From Mizuhopecten yessoensis (lineage: Eukaryota), in the NCBI RefSeq assembly GCF_002113885.1, contig NW_018406484.1, positions 281,179-345,178 of the forward strand: DNA of 64,000 nucleotides, in the 5' to 3' direction. This document shows, in pieces, positions 52,313-64,000 of this stretch (the first letter of the stretch is position 1; each line of letters starts with the position of its first letter). The notes beneath the pieces were generated by a model, which was not told the DNA's origin, made no database searches, and saw only the letters and a list, made by a program, of their open reading frames with translations. The translations under genes and the position numbers were made by a program.

Positions 52313-53273
52313 TTAAATCTTCAATAGCTGGCAATAATCGTTTTCTTGATTTGTCTGCTCCCCCTCTCCACATAAATAAAAACAACTTCTATAGAAAACA
52401 GAGATAATCAATGTTTATTCAGCCATAGTGATCACATACATAATATCAAATGGCTGTGAATACATCATTTCTTGATATTACAGTCATTTTGTATAAACAT
52501 TTAAATAATACCCTATAATACGGTATCTTTGGAAAACAATAAATCTGTGAAATACGTCATTTGAAGTGCTGGCAGAAATTTCCAAAAATAGTATCGTTAT
52601 TTTCTATGTATTTGTTTGCGGTAAGGGCCTCTTCGCAATAGATATGGATATAGATGTTATACGAGGACATCGTCCATCAATGATGGTGCTACTTAGGAGC
52701 TACTTGGAATAAAGCTTGAATGTCACAATCAGAACTTACTTGAAATGCTATCCAGTCATATTAGTTTACCACCGTAAAGAACGAACAAAAAGACGGATAC
52801 AGAATAGAGATCAGAAGTGTTGCATTCAGGAGCACCAAACAGCATATTAATGTTGTTATCTTCGATGTTATCTGCTTATCATAGTTATTGCTTCAGTCAT
52901 AGCGCAAAGGTAATATCATTTTAACCGACGCTAATCGGTTTTTAGCAGGAGCTCAAAATTGAAATTTCAAAAATCCTTCAATTCTAAGTCTGTAGCGGAA
53001 TTGATAGAACACGTTTAAATGGAAGGATGCTGCCTTTGCTAGGTAACATAGCTAATGATTCAAAGAACAACGCAAGAACAATTTGGGTCTGCATGCTTTA
53101 ATATTTAGGTGATTGAATAATAATTGACTGTAATACCACAATCATAGTAAAAAAAATCCGTTCTAAGTTATTACTCGAGCCATGGTAATGCTAATATCAT
53201 GATTACCGAGTGGTCTGATGCTGGATGACTCAGTCAATTCACCACTTAGAAAGTGCTTGATTTCCTCATAACG

Positions 53274-56200
53274 CTAATCCATGACAAAATCAAGGTGTTG
53301 AAATGGTAGGAATTTTCTTGTCTCTTCATTCTGTAAAACAAACACAAAACGCAAGATCATTTAAACAATAACTGGTTGTCTGGATGTAATTATTGTTGAT
53401 ATAATTACAAGTGGCCTCTGGCAAATCCCATAAAACCCGCTAGGGTTATAATAATTAATTACAAAAACAATAATTACATCCAGACAACCAGGTATTTTTT
53501 TATATATACATATTTTTCTTTTTTAAGACATATTCCTACAAAAACCATTTGCCCTGCCTCAAAATACATTTCAGGCGGCAATTTTGTTTGTGTACATATT
53601 TCTACATTGAAACAGGCAGTTGTAATTATAGTCGAGCAGTTGTAATTATAGCCTATATAATTACACTTGCCCTCTTACACTGTTGTAATGGGACGGCGCG
53701 GGGGCAAATGTAAATATACTATTGTAATGATGTAATGATCGTTGAGAGAGTTCTTGTATTATACCGATTTAGAACCATTTACGGTAATGAGATGTAAACA
53801 TGACAGAAATATCTAGGATTCATTATTACAGAAGACCTGTAGGCTTCTTAATCGAGGAGTATAATACATATTCCATTATGTTAATTGTTCTTTGTTTGTT
53901 TGACAGATTAACCATTGATAGAATCAAATCACTAACTTGTAACATCAATTCATTAATTCAAAAAATCCATAACATTAGGACATGCAACACCGTGTATATG
54001 CAACAGTGATGACTTTATTGAGTAGACACTCATAATTTCTTACAATGATATGCATGTGCAAACGGGTTGAGCAACAGGTGTAATACTTATATATATTTAT
54101 CTGTATAAATGAGAACAAGGTAGACTTAGTGTTAAGATTGTATTTATTATATATAGGAACATAGTGTAAATACTGAAGTGTACTAACCATAGACGTGGTG
54201 TTGGTACAGTTGGAAGGTGCTTTGAACACGTCTGGGTTCTTCAGGTTGGTATGATCCATGAATTCATACTGGTACATTACTCCTTCGTACGGGTCGTCAT
54301 GCAAGTCCTGGAACATTACACGGAGGGGAGGGCACCAATCACCTAAATAAACACAAGTGCATTTCTGTCAAAGATTTTGTCAGGTTTAACGATTTGTTTG
54401 AATTATCGCGTATACATTTTATTGAATACATATTCTTCCAGAAAAAGAGGTTCCCCAACAGGTGATAGCCGGTTAACATGTCTATCTTACTCGAGTTAGC
54501 TAATTTTCAAATTGGGTAAAGACACCAGGTTTACCGAGTGTCTTTTATGAATTGAAAATTACCTAAATGAGTAAGATAATCACAATAATCAACTTTCAGG
54601 ATATCGGGGATCCTTTTCCCTCACATCGTTCAGATATTATATCTAGAAAACCAAATATTTCTCTTAGGAATATATTGTTACTAATTCCGATCGGAGAAAC
54701 AATTGCCATGAAATATGACGTCACAATGGAAGATGATGTCGCCAAGCATTGTTACTAGACGACATGACAGGAGGATTGACAAACGAAATAGCGTACAGGG
54801 TGTTACCCACTAGTGGGTAACTTAAAAAGTTCGCTAACCAACTAAAAGAATCCATACATATTTTTTAACACACCCACCAATAAATAAATAAAAACGTGCA
54901 CGCCTACCCATTTTAATCCTCACATAGAAATATCAACGTATACACATCACAACTCTTGTACTAACACTGAAATATCAACTTCCACACGCACACACACTTA
55001 ATTCCCTGAATGAATATATAGATTTCTACTATCTCATTTGAATTTTACAAAAATATCTCCTGACCCCTTTTTTTCTCATATGTATACATTAATTTAATTA
55101 GATTACATATATGTACACATACCCACTTGAACATCCATCACAACACGAATACCATTGTCTGTAGGGGGATCGTCTTTTATATCCAAAACAAATTGTCCAA
55201 CTATTTTTTTAAATCCGCCTATACCTCCAAAGTAGGTGGGATATGATGCAACTGAAAAAAATACAAAGTTTTATTTTTAATCCGATCAAGTTTGACCGAC
55301 TGCTGAAGAATTAGATAATGAAAACGAAATAAATATCATCTCCAGACAGATAGCATGTGAATATATATTCATTTCCAGACTCGATACAAAAATATCACAT
55401 TTTAGAAAAGGATCTAATTGGGATATACGCTACTTTTGGCGTGGTATGATTACTAGCTGTTTAACGGACTCATGCATGCAATGCCTTCCCTGCAAATATT
55501 TCCTTTTTCCATATTTTTGCCCTAGTTTTATCGATTGTAAACTCGAATGTCGTTTACTTCACATTTAGAAACATATTTATTTTATATTTTTTCTTAGGTT
55601 TATGTTTCCCTGTACAGTGTATAATTATGTTATCCTTATAGAGTGAATCAATGATTTATGTTCCATATCATATCCACCAAATACATATGTTCACAAACTA
55701 CATATACTTACGAGGAACACCATCTGATTGTTCTGATACAACATATCAAAAGTGTGGGGAATGCCAACCCACTGATCAACTCTACAATATATATTACTTA
55801 CGGGGAACGCCCTCCCACTGATCCACTTTACAATATGTATTACTTACGGGGAATGCCCTCCCACTGATCCACTCTACAATATATATCACTTACTGGGAAT
55901 GCCCTCTCACTAATCCACACTACAATATATATTACTTACGGTGAATGCCCTCCCACTGATCCATTCTACAATATATATAACTTACGGGGAATGCCCTCCC
56001 ACTGATCAACTCTACAATATATATCCCTTACGGGAAATGCCCTCCCACTGATCCACTCTACAATATATATTACTTCCTGGGAATGCCCTCCCACTGCTCC
56101 ACACTAAAATATATATTAATTACGGGGAATGCCCTCCCACTGATCAACTCTACAATATATATTACTTCCGGGGAACGCCCTCCCACTGATCCACTTTACA

Positions 56201-59200
56201 ATATGTATTACTTACGGGGAATGCCCTCCCACTGATCAACATATATTACTTACGGTGAATGCCCTCCCACTGATCCATTCTACAATATATATAACTTACG
56301 GGGAATTCCCTTCCACTGATCAACTCTACAATATATATTACTAACGGGGAACGCCCTCCCACTGATTCACTTTACAATATGTATTACTTACGGGAATGCC
56401 CTCCCACTGATTAACTCTACAATATATATTACTTACGGGGAATGCCCTCCCACTGATTAACTCTACAATATATATTACTTACGGGGAATGCCCTCCCACT
56501 GATCCACTCTACAATATATATTACTTACGGGGAATGCCCTCCAACTGAACCACTCTACAATATGTATTACTTACAGGGAATGTCCTCCCGATGATCCACT
56601 CTACAATATATATCACTTACGGGAAATGCCCTCCCACTGATCCACTCTACAATATATATTACTTCCTGGGAATGCCCTCCCACTGCTCCACACTAAAATA
56701 TATATTAATTACGGGGAATGCCCTCCCACTGCTCCACACTACAATATATATCAATTACGGGGAATGCCCTCCCACTGCTCCACACTACAATATGTATTAC
56801 TTACGGGAAATGCCCTCCCACTGATCCACTCTACAATATATATTACTTACGGGAAATGCCCTTCCACTGATCAACTCTACAATATATATATTACTTACGG
56901 GAAATGCCCTCCCACTGATCCACTCTACAATATATATCACTTACGGGGAATGCCCTCCCACTGATCCACACTACAATATATATTACTTACGGTGAATGTC
57001 CTCCCACTGATCCATTCTACAATATCTATTACTTACGGGGAATGCCCTCCCACTGATCCACTCTACAATATATATTAATTACGGGGAATGCCCTCCCACT
57101 GCTCCACACTACAATGTATATTACTTTCGGGGAATGGCCTCCCACTGATCCACTCTACAGTATATATTAATTACGGGGAATGTCCTCCCACTGATCGACT
57201 CTACAATATGTATTACTTTCGGGGAATGCCCTCCCACTGATCCACTCTACAATATATATTAATTACGGGGAATGCCCTCTCACTGCTCCACACTACAATA
57301 CATATTAATTACGGGGAATGCCCTCCCACTGCTCCACACTACAATATGTATTACTTACGGGAAATGCCCTCCCACTGATCCACTCTACAATATATATTAC
57401 TAACGGGGAATGCCCTCACATTGGTCCACTCTACAATATGTCTTACTTACGGAGAACGTCTGGTGAATGGTCTATTATACAATGTATCTATATTGCGGGA
57501 AATGCCAACCCACTGATCCACTCTACAATATATATTACTTACGGAGAATGCCCTCCCACTGATCCACACTACAATATATATTACTTCCTGGGAATACCCT
57601 CCCACTGCTCCACACTACAATATATATTACTTCCTGGGAATGCCCTCCCACTGATCCACTCTACAATATATATTACTTACGGGGAATGCCCTCCCACTGA
57701 TCAACTCTACAATATATATTACTTACGGGGAATGCCCTCCCACTGATCCACTCTACAATATGTATTACTTACGGGGAATGTCCTCCCAATGATCCACTCT
57801 ACAATATGTATTACTTACGGGGAATGCCCTCCCACTGCTCCACACTACAATGTATATTAATTACGGGGAATGCCCTCCCACTGCTCCACACTACAATGTA
57901 TATTACTTACGGGGAATGCACTCCCAATGATCCACTCTACAATATGTATAACTTACGGGGAATGCCCTCCCACTGATTAACTCTACAATATATATTACTT
58001 ACGGGGAATGCCCTCCCACTGCTCCACTCTACAATATATATTACTTACGCGGAATGCCCTCCCACTGATCCACTCTACAATATGTATTACTTACGGGGAA
58101 TGTCCTCCCAATGATCCACTCTACAATATGTATTACTTACGGGGAATGCCCTCCCACTGATCCACTCTACAATATATATTAATTACGGGGAATGCCCTCC
58201 CACTGCTCCACTCTACAATATATATTACTTACGGGGAATGCCCTTCCACGGATCCACTCTACAATATATATTACTTAAGAGGAACGCCATCCCACTGATC
58301 CACTCTACAATATATATTACTTACGGGGAATGCCCTCCCACTTATCCACTCTACACTGTATATAACTTACGGGGAATGCCCTCCCACTTATCCACTCTAC
58401 ACTGTATATAACTTACGGGGAATGCCCTCCCACTAATCCGCTCTACACTATATATTACTTACGGGGAATGCCCTCCCACGGATCCACTCTACACTATATA
58501 TTACTTACGGGGAACGCCATCCCACTGATCCACTCTACAATATATATCACTTACGGGGAATGCCCTCTCTCTGTTCCACTCTACAATATATCTTACTTAC
58601 GGGGAATGCCCTCCCACTGAACCACTCTACAATATATATTACTTACGGGAAATGCCCTCCCACTGATCCACTCTATAATATGTGTTACTTACGTTGAATG
58701 CCCTCCCACTGATCCACTCTACCATATATATTACTTACGGGGAATGCCCTCCCACTTATCCACTCTACACTGTATATAACTTACGGGGAATGCCCTCCCA
58801 CTGTTCCGCTCTACACTATATATTACTTACGGGGAATGCAATACCACTGATCCACTCTACACTATATATAACTTACGGGGAATGACCTCCCACTTATCCA
58901 CTCTACACTGTATATAACTTACGGGGAATGCCCTCCCACTTATCCACTCTACACTGTATATAACTTACGGGGAATGCCCTCCCACTTATCCACTCTACAC
59001 TGTATATAACTTACGGGGAATGCCCTCCCACTAATCCGCTCTACACTATATATTACTTACGGGGAACGCCATCCCACTGATCCACTCTACAATATATATC
59101 ACTTACGGGGAATGCCCTCTCTCTGTTCCACTCTACAATATATCTTACTTACGGGGAATGCCCTCCCACTGATTAACTCTACAATATATATTACTTACGG

Positions 59201-61659
59201 GGAATGCCCTCCCACTGCTCCACACTACAATATGTATTACTTACGGGAAATGCCCTCCCACTGGTTCCACTCTACAATATATATTACTTACGGGGAACAC
59301 CATCCCACTGATCCACTCTACAATGGATATTACTTCCTGGGAATGCCCTCCCACTGATCCACTCTACCATATATATTACTTACGGGGAATGCCCTCCCAC
59401 GGATCCACTCTACAATATATATTACATAAGAGGAACGCCATCCCACTGATCCACTCTACAATGTATATTACTTACTGGGAATGCCCTCCCACTGAGTCAC
59501 TCTACAATATATATTACTTACGGTGAATGTCCTCCCACTGATCCATTCTACAATATCTATTACTTACGGGGAATGCCCTCCCACTTATCCACTCTACACT
59601 GTATATAACTTACGGGGAATGCCCTCCCACTGATCCGCTCTACACTATATATTACTTACGGGGAATGCCCTCCCACTGCTCCACACTACAACGTATATTA
59701 ATTACGGGGAATGCCCTCCCACTGCTCCACACTACAATGGATATTAATTACGGGGAATGCCCTCTCACTGCTCCACACTACAATGTATATTAATTACGGG
59801 GAATCCCCTCCCACTGCTCCACACTACAATGTATATTACTTACGGGGAATGCCCTTCCACGGATCCACTCTACAATATATATTACTTACGGGGAATGCCC
59901 TCCCACTGATCCACACTCCACTATATATAACTTACGGGGAATGCCCTCCCACTGATCCGCTCTACACTATATATTACTTACGGGGAATGCCCTCCCACTG
60001 ATCCACTCTACACTATATATAACTTACGGGGAATGCCCTCCCACTTATCCACTCTACACTGTATATAACTTACGGGGAATGCCCTCCCACTGATCCACTC
60101 TACACTATATATAACTTACGGGGAATGCCCTCCCACTGATCCACTCTACACTTTATATAACTTACTGGGAATGCCCTCCCACTGATCCACTCTACACTAT
60201 ATATAAATTACGGGGAATGCCCTCCCCCTGATCCACTCTACACTGTATATAACTTACGGGGAATGTCCTCCCACTGATCCACTCTGCACTATATATAACT
60301 TACTGGGAATGTCCTCCCACTGATCAACTCTACAATATATATTACTTACGGGAAATGCCCTCCCACTGGTTCCACTCTACAATATATATTACTTACGGGG
60401 AACGCCATCCCACTGATCCACTCTACAATATATATTACCTACGGGGAATGCCCTCCCAATGATCCACTCTACACTTTATATAACTTACGGGGAATGCCCT
60501 CCCACTGGTTCCACACCGCATCGATTTGGTAACTTCTCTCACAGAACTTTCCGTCATAATCAATGTAGTAGGTTGCACCCTGAGAAAGAGTAATTGATTA
60601 TAGCATAATTGTCAAGATTAATTAAGAAACGTGATGAATAGGATTACTGTAATTCTAATTACCACACTTGTATAAAACTTATGATTTCAAACGAATGAAT
60701 TAATTGTTATGTAGGTACGAAATGCATTTAGCACACTTTCTTTTATTAGTATTCCGTTTTGTTGAACATTCCAGGTAATACAAGTATATCACATACAAGT
60801 ATAAGCAAAACTGGTTTTCGAATTTCTGTTTCATTATATCAAATTTGAATTTCAGCCAAAATGCAAAAGAGTTACTAAGGACGTACAGTGTTTACCGATG
60901 CATGTGCCTTACACTGTAATACATAAGTATATGCAGCAGTATGCCTATTCCATTGAAAACTTTCAGGTTTTGATTTTCTTAGCCATGTGATCTGCATTTA
61001 AAAAGGTGTTGAATGCTCTGTCTATTATTTAACTTGCAGTATAGAACTGAAGCAGAACAGTTATTCTCTGTGTATCCTTTCAAGGGTGTTCGAGTAAACC
61101 TTACCTTTGTTCATTTTCTGCCCTAGTTTGTAAGTTCAATCACGGTTTTATTGACACTTCGGTGAGTGTTTATTTTGTTTCTGTTTTTCTATTCAACGGT
61201 CGCAAGCAATTTTCGCTTGAAAATTGATACAGGGAAATGTTATTATTCATCTGATCATATATGAATATTTTTACCACGATGATGTAGTGGTTTAAAAACA
61301 CAATTAGTTTAAGTTGCTGTAATAAGACTATTTAAACTCAATGCACCTTACGAATGCGCAATATTCATACAAACCTCATTAAAATGCCACATAAACGACA
61401 CGGTGAAATTTTGTTTGTCCGGATTTTCTTCCACGCCTTTGATGTCTATCCTCATGCGTCTGTTCGGATAATCGTAATAAAATGTCCCGGATCCGTACGC
61501 ATGACCAGACACACCAGACATAAACATCCCGAAGTCTAAAAACACCGTGCTTTGCCATTGCGGAGGAAACTTACATTGCGGATCCTTTGGTTTTGCAAAA
61601 CTACCAAATATAAATATAAGAATGCAGAAAATAATCAAGCTGACTTTGTCCGCCATCAT
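53274..61659 (-). CDS. EPDR: Ependymin-related secreted protein, gene E (5 exons, 238 aa), convergent with gene D
   Basis: Minus-strand exons 61659-61375, 60579-60489, 55251-55123, 54342-54188, 53330-53274, all GT-AG, 717 nt in frame. CKFPPQW, GTFYYDYPNRRMRID, FC, WEGIP, CPP, VFKAPSNC. Ends RKFLPFQHLDFVMD*. Confidence 0.88.
53372..53491. mobile_element. Inverted-repeat (MITE-like) hairpin in intron 4 of gene E
   Basis: CTGGTTGTCTGGATGTAATTATTGTT / AACAATAATTACATCCAGACAACCAG form 26-bp perfect arms. Confidence 0.7.
55755..60514 (-). repeat. 46-bp minisatellite (~100 copies) filling intron 2 of gene E, derived from exon-2 end plus donor
   Basis: Transcribed-strand unit AATATATATTGTAGAGTGGATCAGTGGGAGGGCATTCCCC-GTAAGT versus the real exon end GTGGAACCAGTGGGAGGGCATTCCCC|GTAAGT. 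Confidence 0.97.
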
Positions 61660-64000
61660 TGTCAGACACTAGTGTAGTGATCAGAGTTACGCCAACTTCA
61701 CAGACGTGTGACATGGGTAGGGTATACTGTGGTCGTCCGTATTAGTGTTTTCGGACGATAACACACTTCCACTGATATGATATATGTGACACATATTTAA
61801 TGACTTACTGTTATCTTTTAACGCGCAGATATACGTCATATATTACATGATGGTTTAACGCTTGTGCCATCTATACTGTAATATGATATATATTATTTTG
61901 TTGTGTGGAAGGAAAATATTTCTGTGTTCAATTCCAGAAGAGAAAATAACCCACATTTCATTTTAAAAGACAATATATCTTGTCATGACTCCATCATTTT
62001 ACCGACATTTCATCAGTGTAGAAGAAACTATTAACAAGCGAATTCCCTCCAGTGTACTGTTTGTGAATGGAAACTATGTTTTTGGTAATGATACTCGAAA
62101 TATGACTGCAAGAGATTAATGTGTATGTATGATGTGTCTTAGGATCAAATAACAATGATACACTTACTTCTCAAAACACTTATACTGATATATTAACTGA
62201 TTAGAAATTTAATAGAATCCAATCAAAAGTTATTGATAGCGTTACAGAGTAACTATCACAAATAAAGGCAACCTAGAAATTAGCTTAATAAGAATTTCAA
62301 AATGAACAGATCAATGTGTGTGGTCAGATTAAAAGGAAATGTAAAGGGAACCTCTTAAATATATTAAATAGCATCTAAAAGAAGATTCTTTCTATTTCAT
62401 CTTTGTTAAGTTCGATGGCAAGACCTTCCAGCAGACTGCTGTTATGTCTCAGCAGATATACTGGAGTTCTTGTTCTTGTTTGCATATGAAACCGTATTTT
62501 TCAAAGAGCTTACCAGAAAGGTATTTAAAGCCTTAATGTCACTTTCACGTATATCGACTGTATGCTGTCTTAAGGAAAAAGAAATGTATCGACCACGTCG
62601 ATTGCATATTTTCTACTGAATCTGACATCGAAGACACCACAGCCTCTTTCACATCTGTCGCTTGCCTCGGTCTTTACGTACCATCCACAACATGACCAAC
62701 ATAGACGGCTTACTACTGTATAACGATTTCTGTTAACTTATCGCGAACTTTCTGTTTCTTGAGAGTAGCACCTATGTAGTTGGTGTATTATCCTCATGCT
62801 TGCAATAAACACATGCAATATAATTCTTTACGTGATGGATGAGATAGGCTGACTTTACAATATTGGGTTTATTGAGATAACGGATGATGAATACTATGGG
62901 CACGTTTTATGGTAGCCATCATTAATTTAGTGGGAAATTTTTCTGTTACCTTGTTAACTATCGATAGCGGCGTTTTTTAGTATGCTCATTAGGATGTCTG
63001 GTGGTTTTCTTTCTCGGTTCTCACAAACAGAAAATAAAAACAAACAAAAACAAAACAGGAAATATGGGAGGTGTCAACATTGTGAACAAAAATGAAGCAG
63101 AAGCTGATATACCGTTTCAGATCGCATGTTCTTATTCTCCTTGCAGGTATTAAGGGTCCAAATGTAGATTTGGTGATTACTGACCTATGGTGTCTTATAT
63201 TTGGTGGTGATATAAATATTCTTACTGAAACAATTAAAGGACTGCAAACTTAATTGAACAATTCATGCTATAATGAAGGGGAGATATTTAAAAAAAACAG
63301 TCAATTGGTTTTCAAGCTAGTAATAGACTAGTAATAATTACAATTCTAAATATGGAAATTAATACAGCATAAAGGAGTATGAATACCTTGGAAGCCTAAT
63401 AACCTCAGCTAGTATATTAACACCTTCAGGCCCAATATAGACTATTAGAAGCATCGATAAGGACTATTTTAAACATAAAGTGATGCTATTTGGAATATGA
63501 ACCAATATTAAATATAATCAATTTTTGAACAAAACCAATTAACGAAAGTATGCACTTGTAAATGTAGTTAGAAATAGAGTAATGAATGTACCCTTCGGGT
63601 ATAGCGAGTAAGATATGTTCAAAATTTAGAACTCTAACAAATACTACATATAAAAGCGTTAGCAATGAAAGTGATATACTTTATTTGACTCTGAACATTA
63701 GCAACAATGAAGCTGTCTTTAAATACTTGTAAATTTAGTTAGAAATAGAGTAATGAATGAATAAAATAAAGAGGAATATTTCTTCTTTGATTTTTACCTT
63801 AAGTAGCAAAATAGAAATTTACATATCATGCAGTTTATCCGAGGACCCCAGGCATGTTTTCTGTTTATTCATAAAGCCTTCATTAGTACTATGTCTTCTT
63901 GCAGTACAAATTAAGAATTCAAAATTTTAAATGTCGATGTCCCACTTATGATAAATTCATAGTATTAAAATTGATTCAACATTAGATAAGATGGTTGCTG

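Noticed and set aside
55658-60001. Many short GECPPT/GNALPL ORFs
   Set aside because: Frame-rotating translations of the 46-bp intronic array, antisense to gene E.

Overview
AT-rich, intron-rich eukaryotic DNA. It is inferred to be from a marine invertebrate, most likely a mollusc/bivalve, judging from the SINE/LINE types and minisatellite load. The core of the window is a cluster of five 5-exon ependymin-related (EPDR) secreted-protein genes, which I assembled by hand from splice sites: A 18897-22670 (+), B 26151-28900 (+), C ~36978/38821-41896 (+; exon 1 duplicated across an assembly N, and the second copy has a stop), D 49897-52312 (+) and E 61659-53274 (-). All share intron phases 0,1,1,0 and a 91-nt exon 2. 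B and C sit in an ~11-kb tandem segmental duplication. The two ~2350-aa ORFs at 11.6-18.7 kb are artefacts of a 69-bp satellite. Most notable observations: (1) a separate last exon encodes a basic-site-flanked 12-13-residue tail ending F-M-G-stop in four paralogues, which looks like a releasable C-amidated peptide; (2) tandem repeats seeded at exon-end/5' splice donors occur in six introns, up to ~100 copies of exon-2 end + GTAAGT in gene E; (3) two minimal type I hammerhead-ribozyme motifs lie in sense orientation in intron 3 of gene D; (4) gene A has a GC-AG intron; (5) a compound satellite appears to have grown inside a decayed LINE reverse transcriptase. All calls are by eye, with no database searches.
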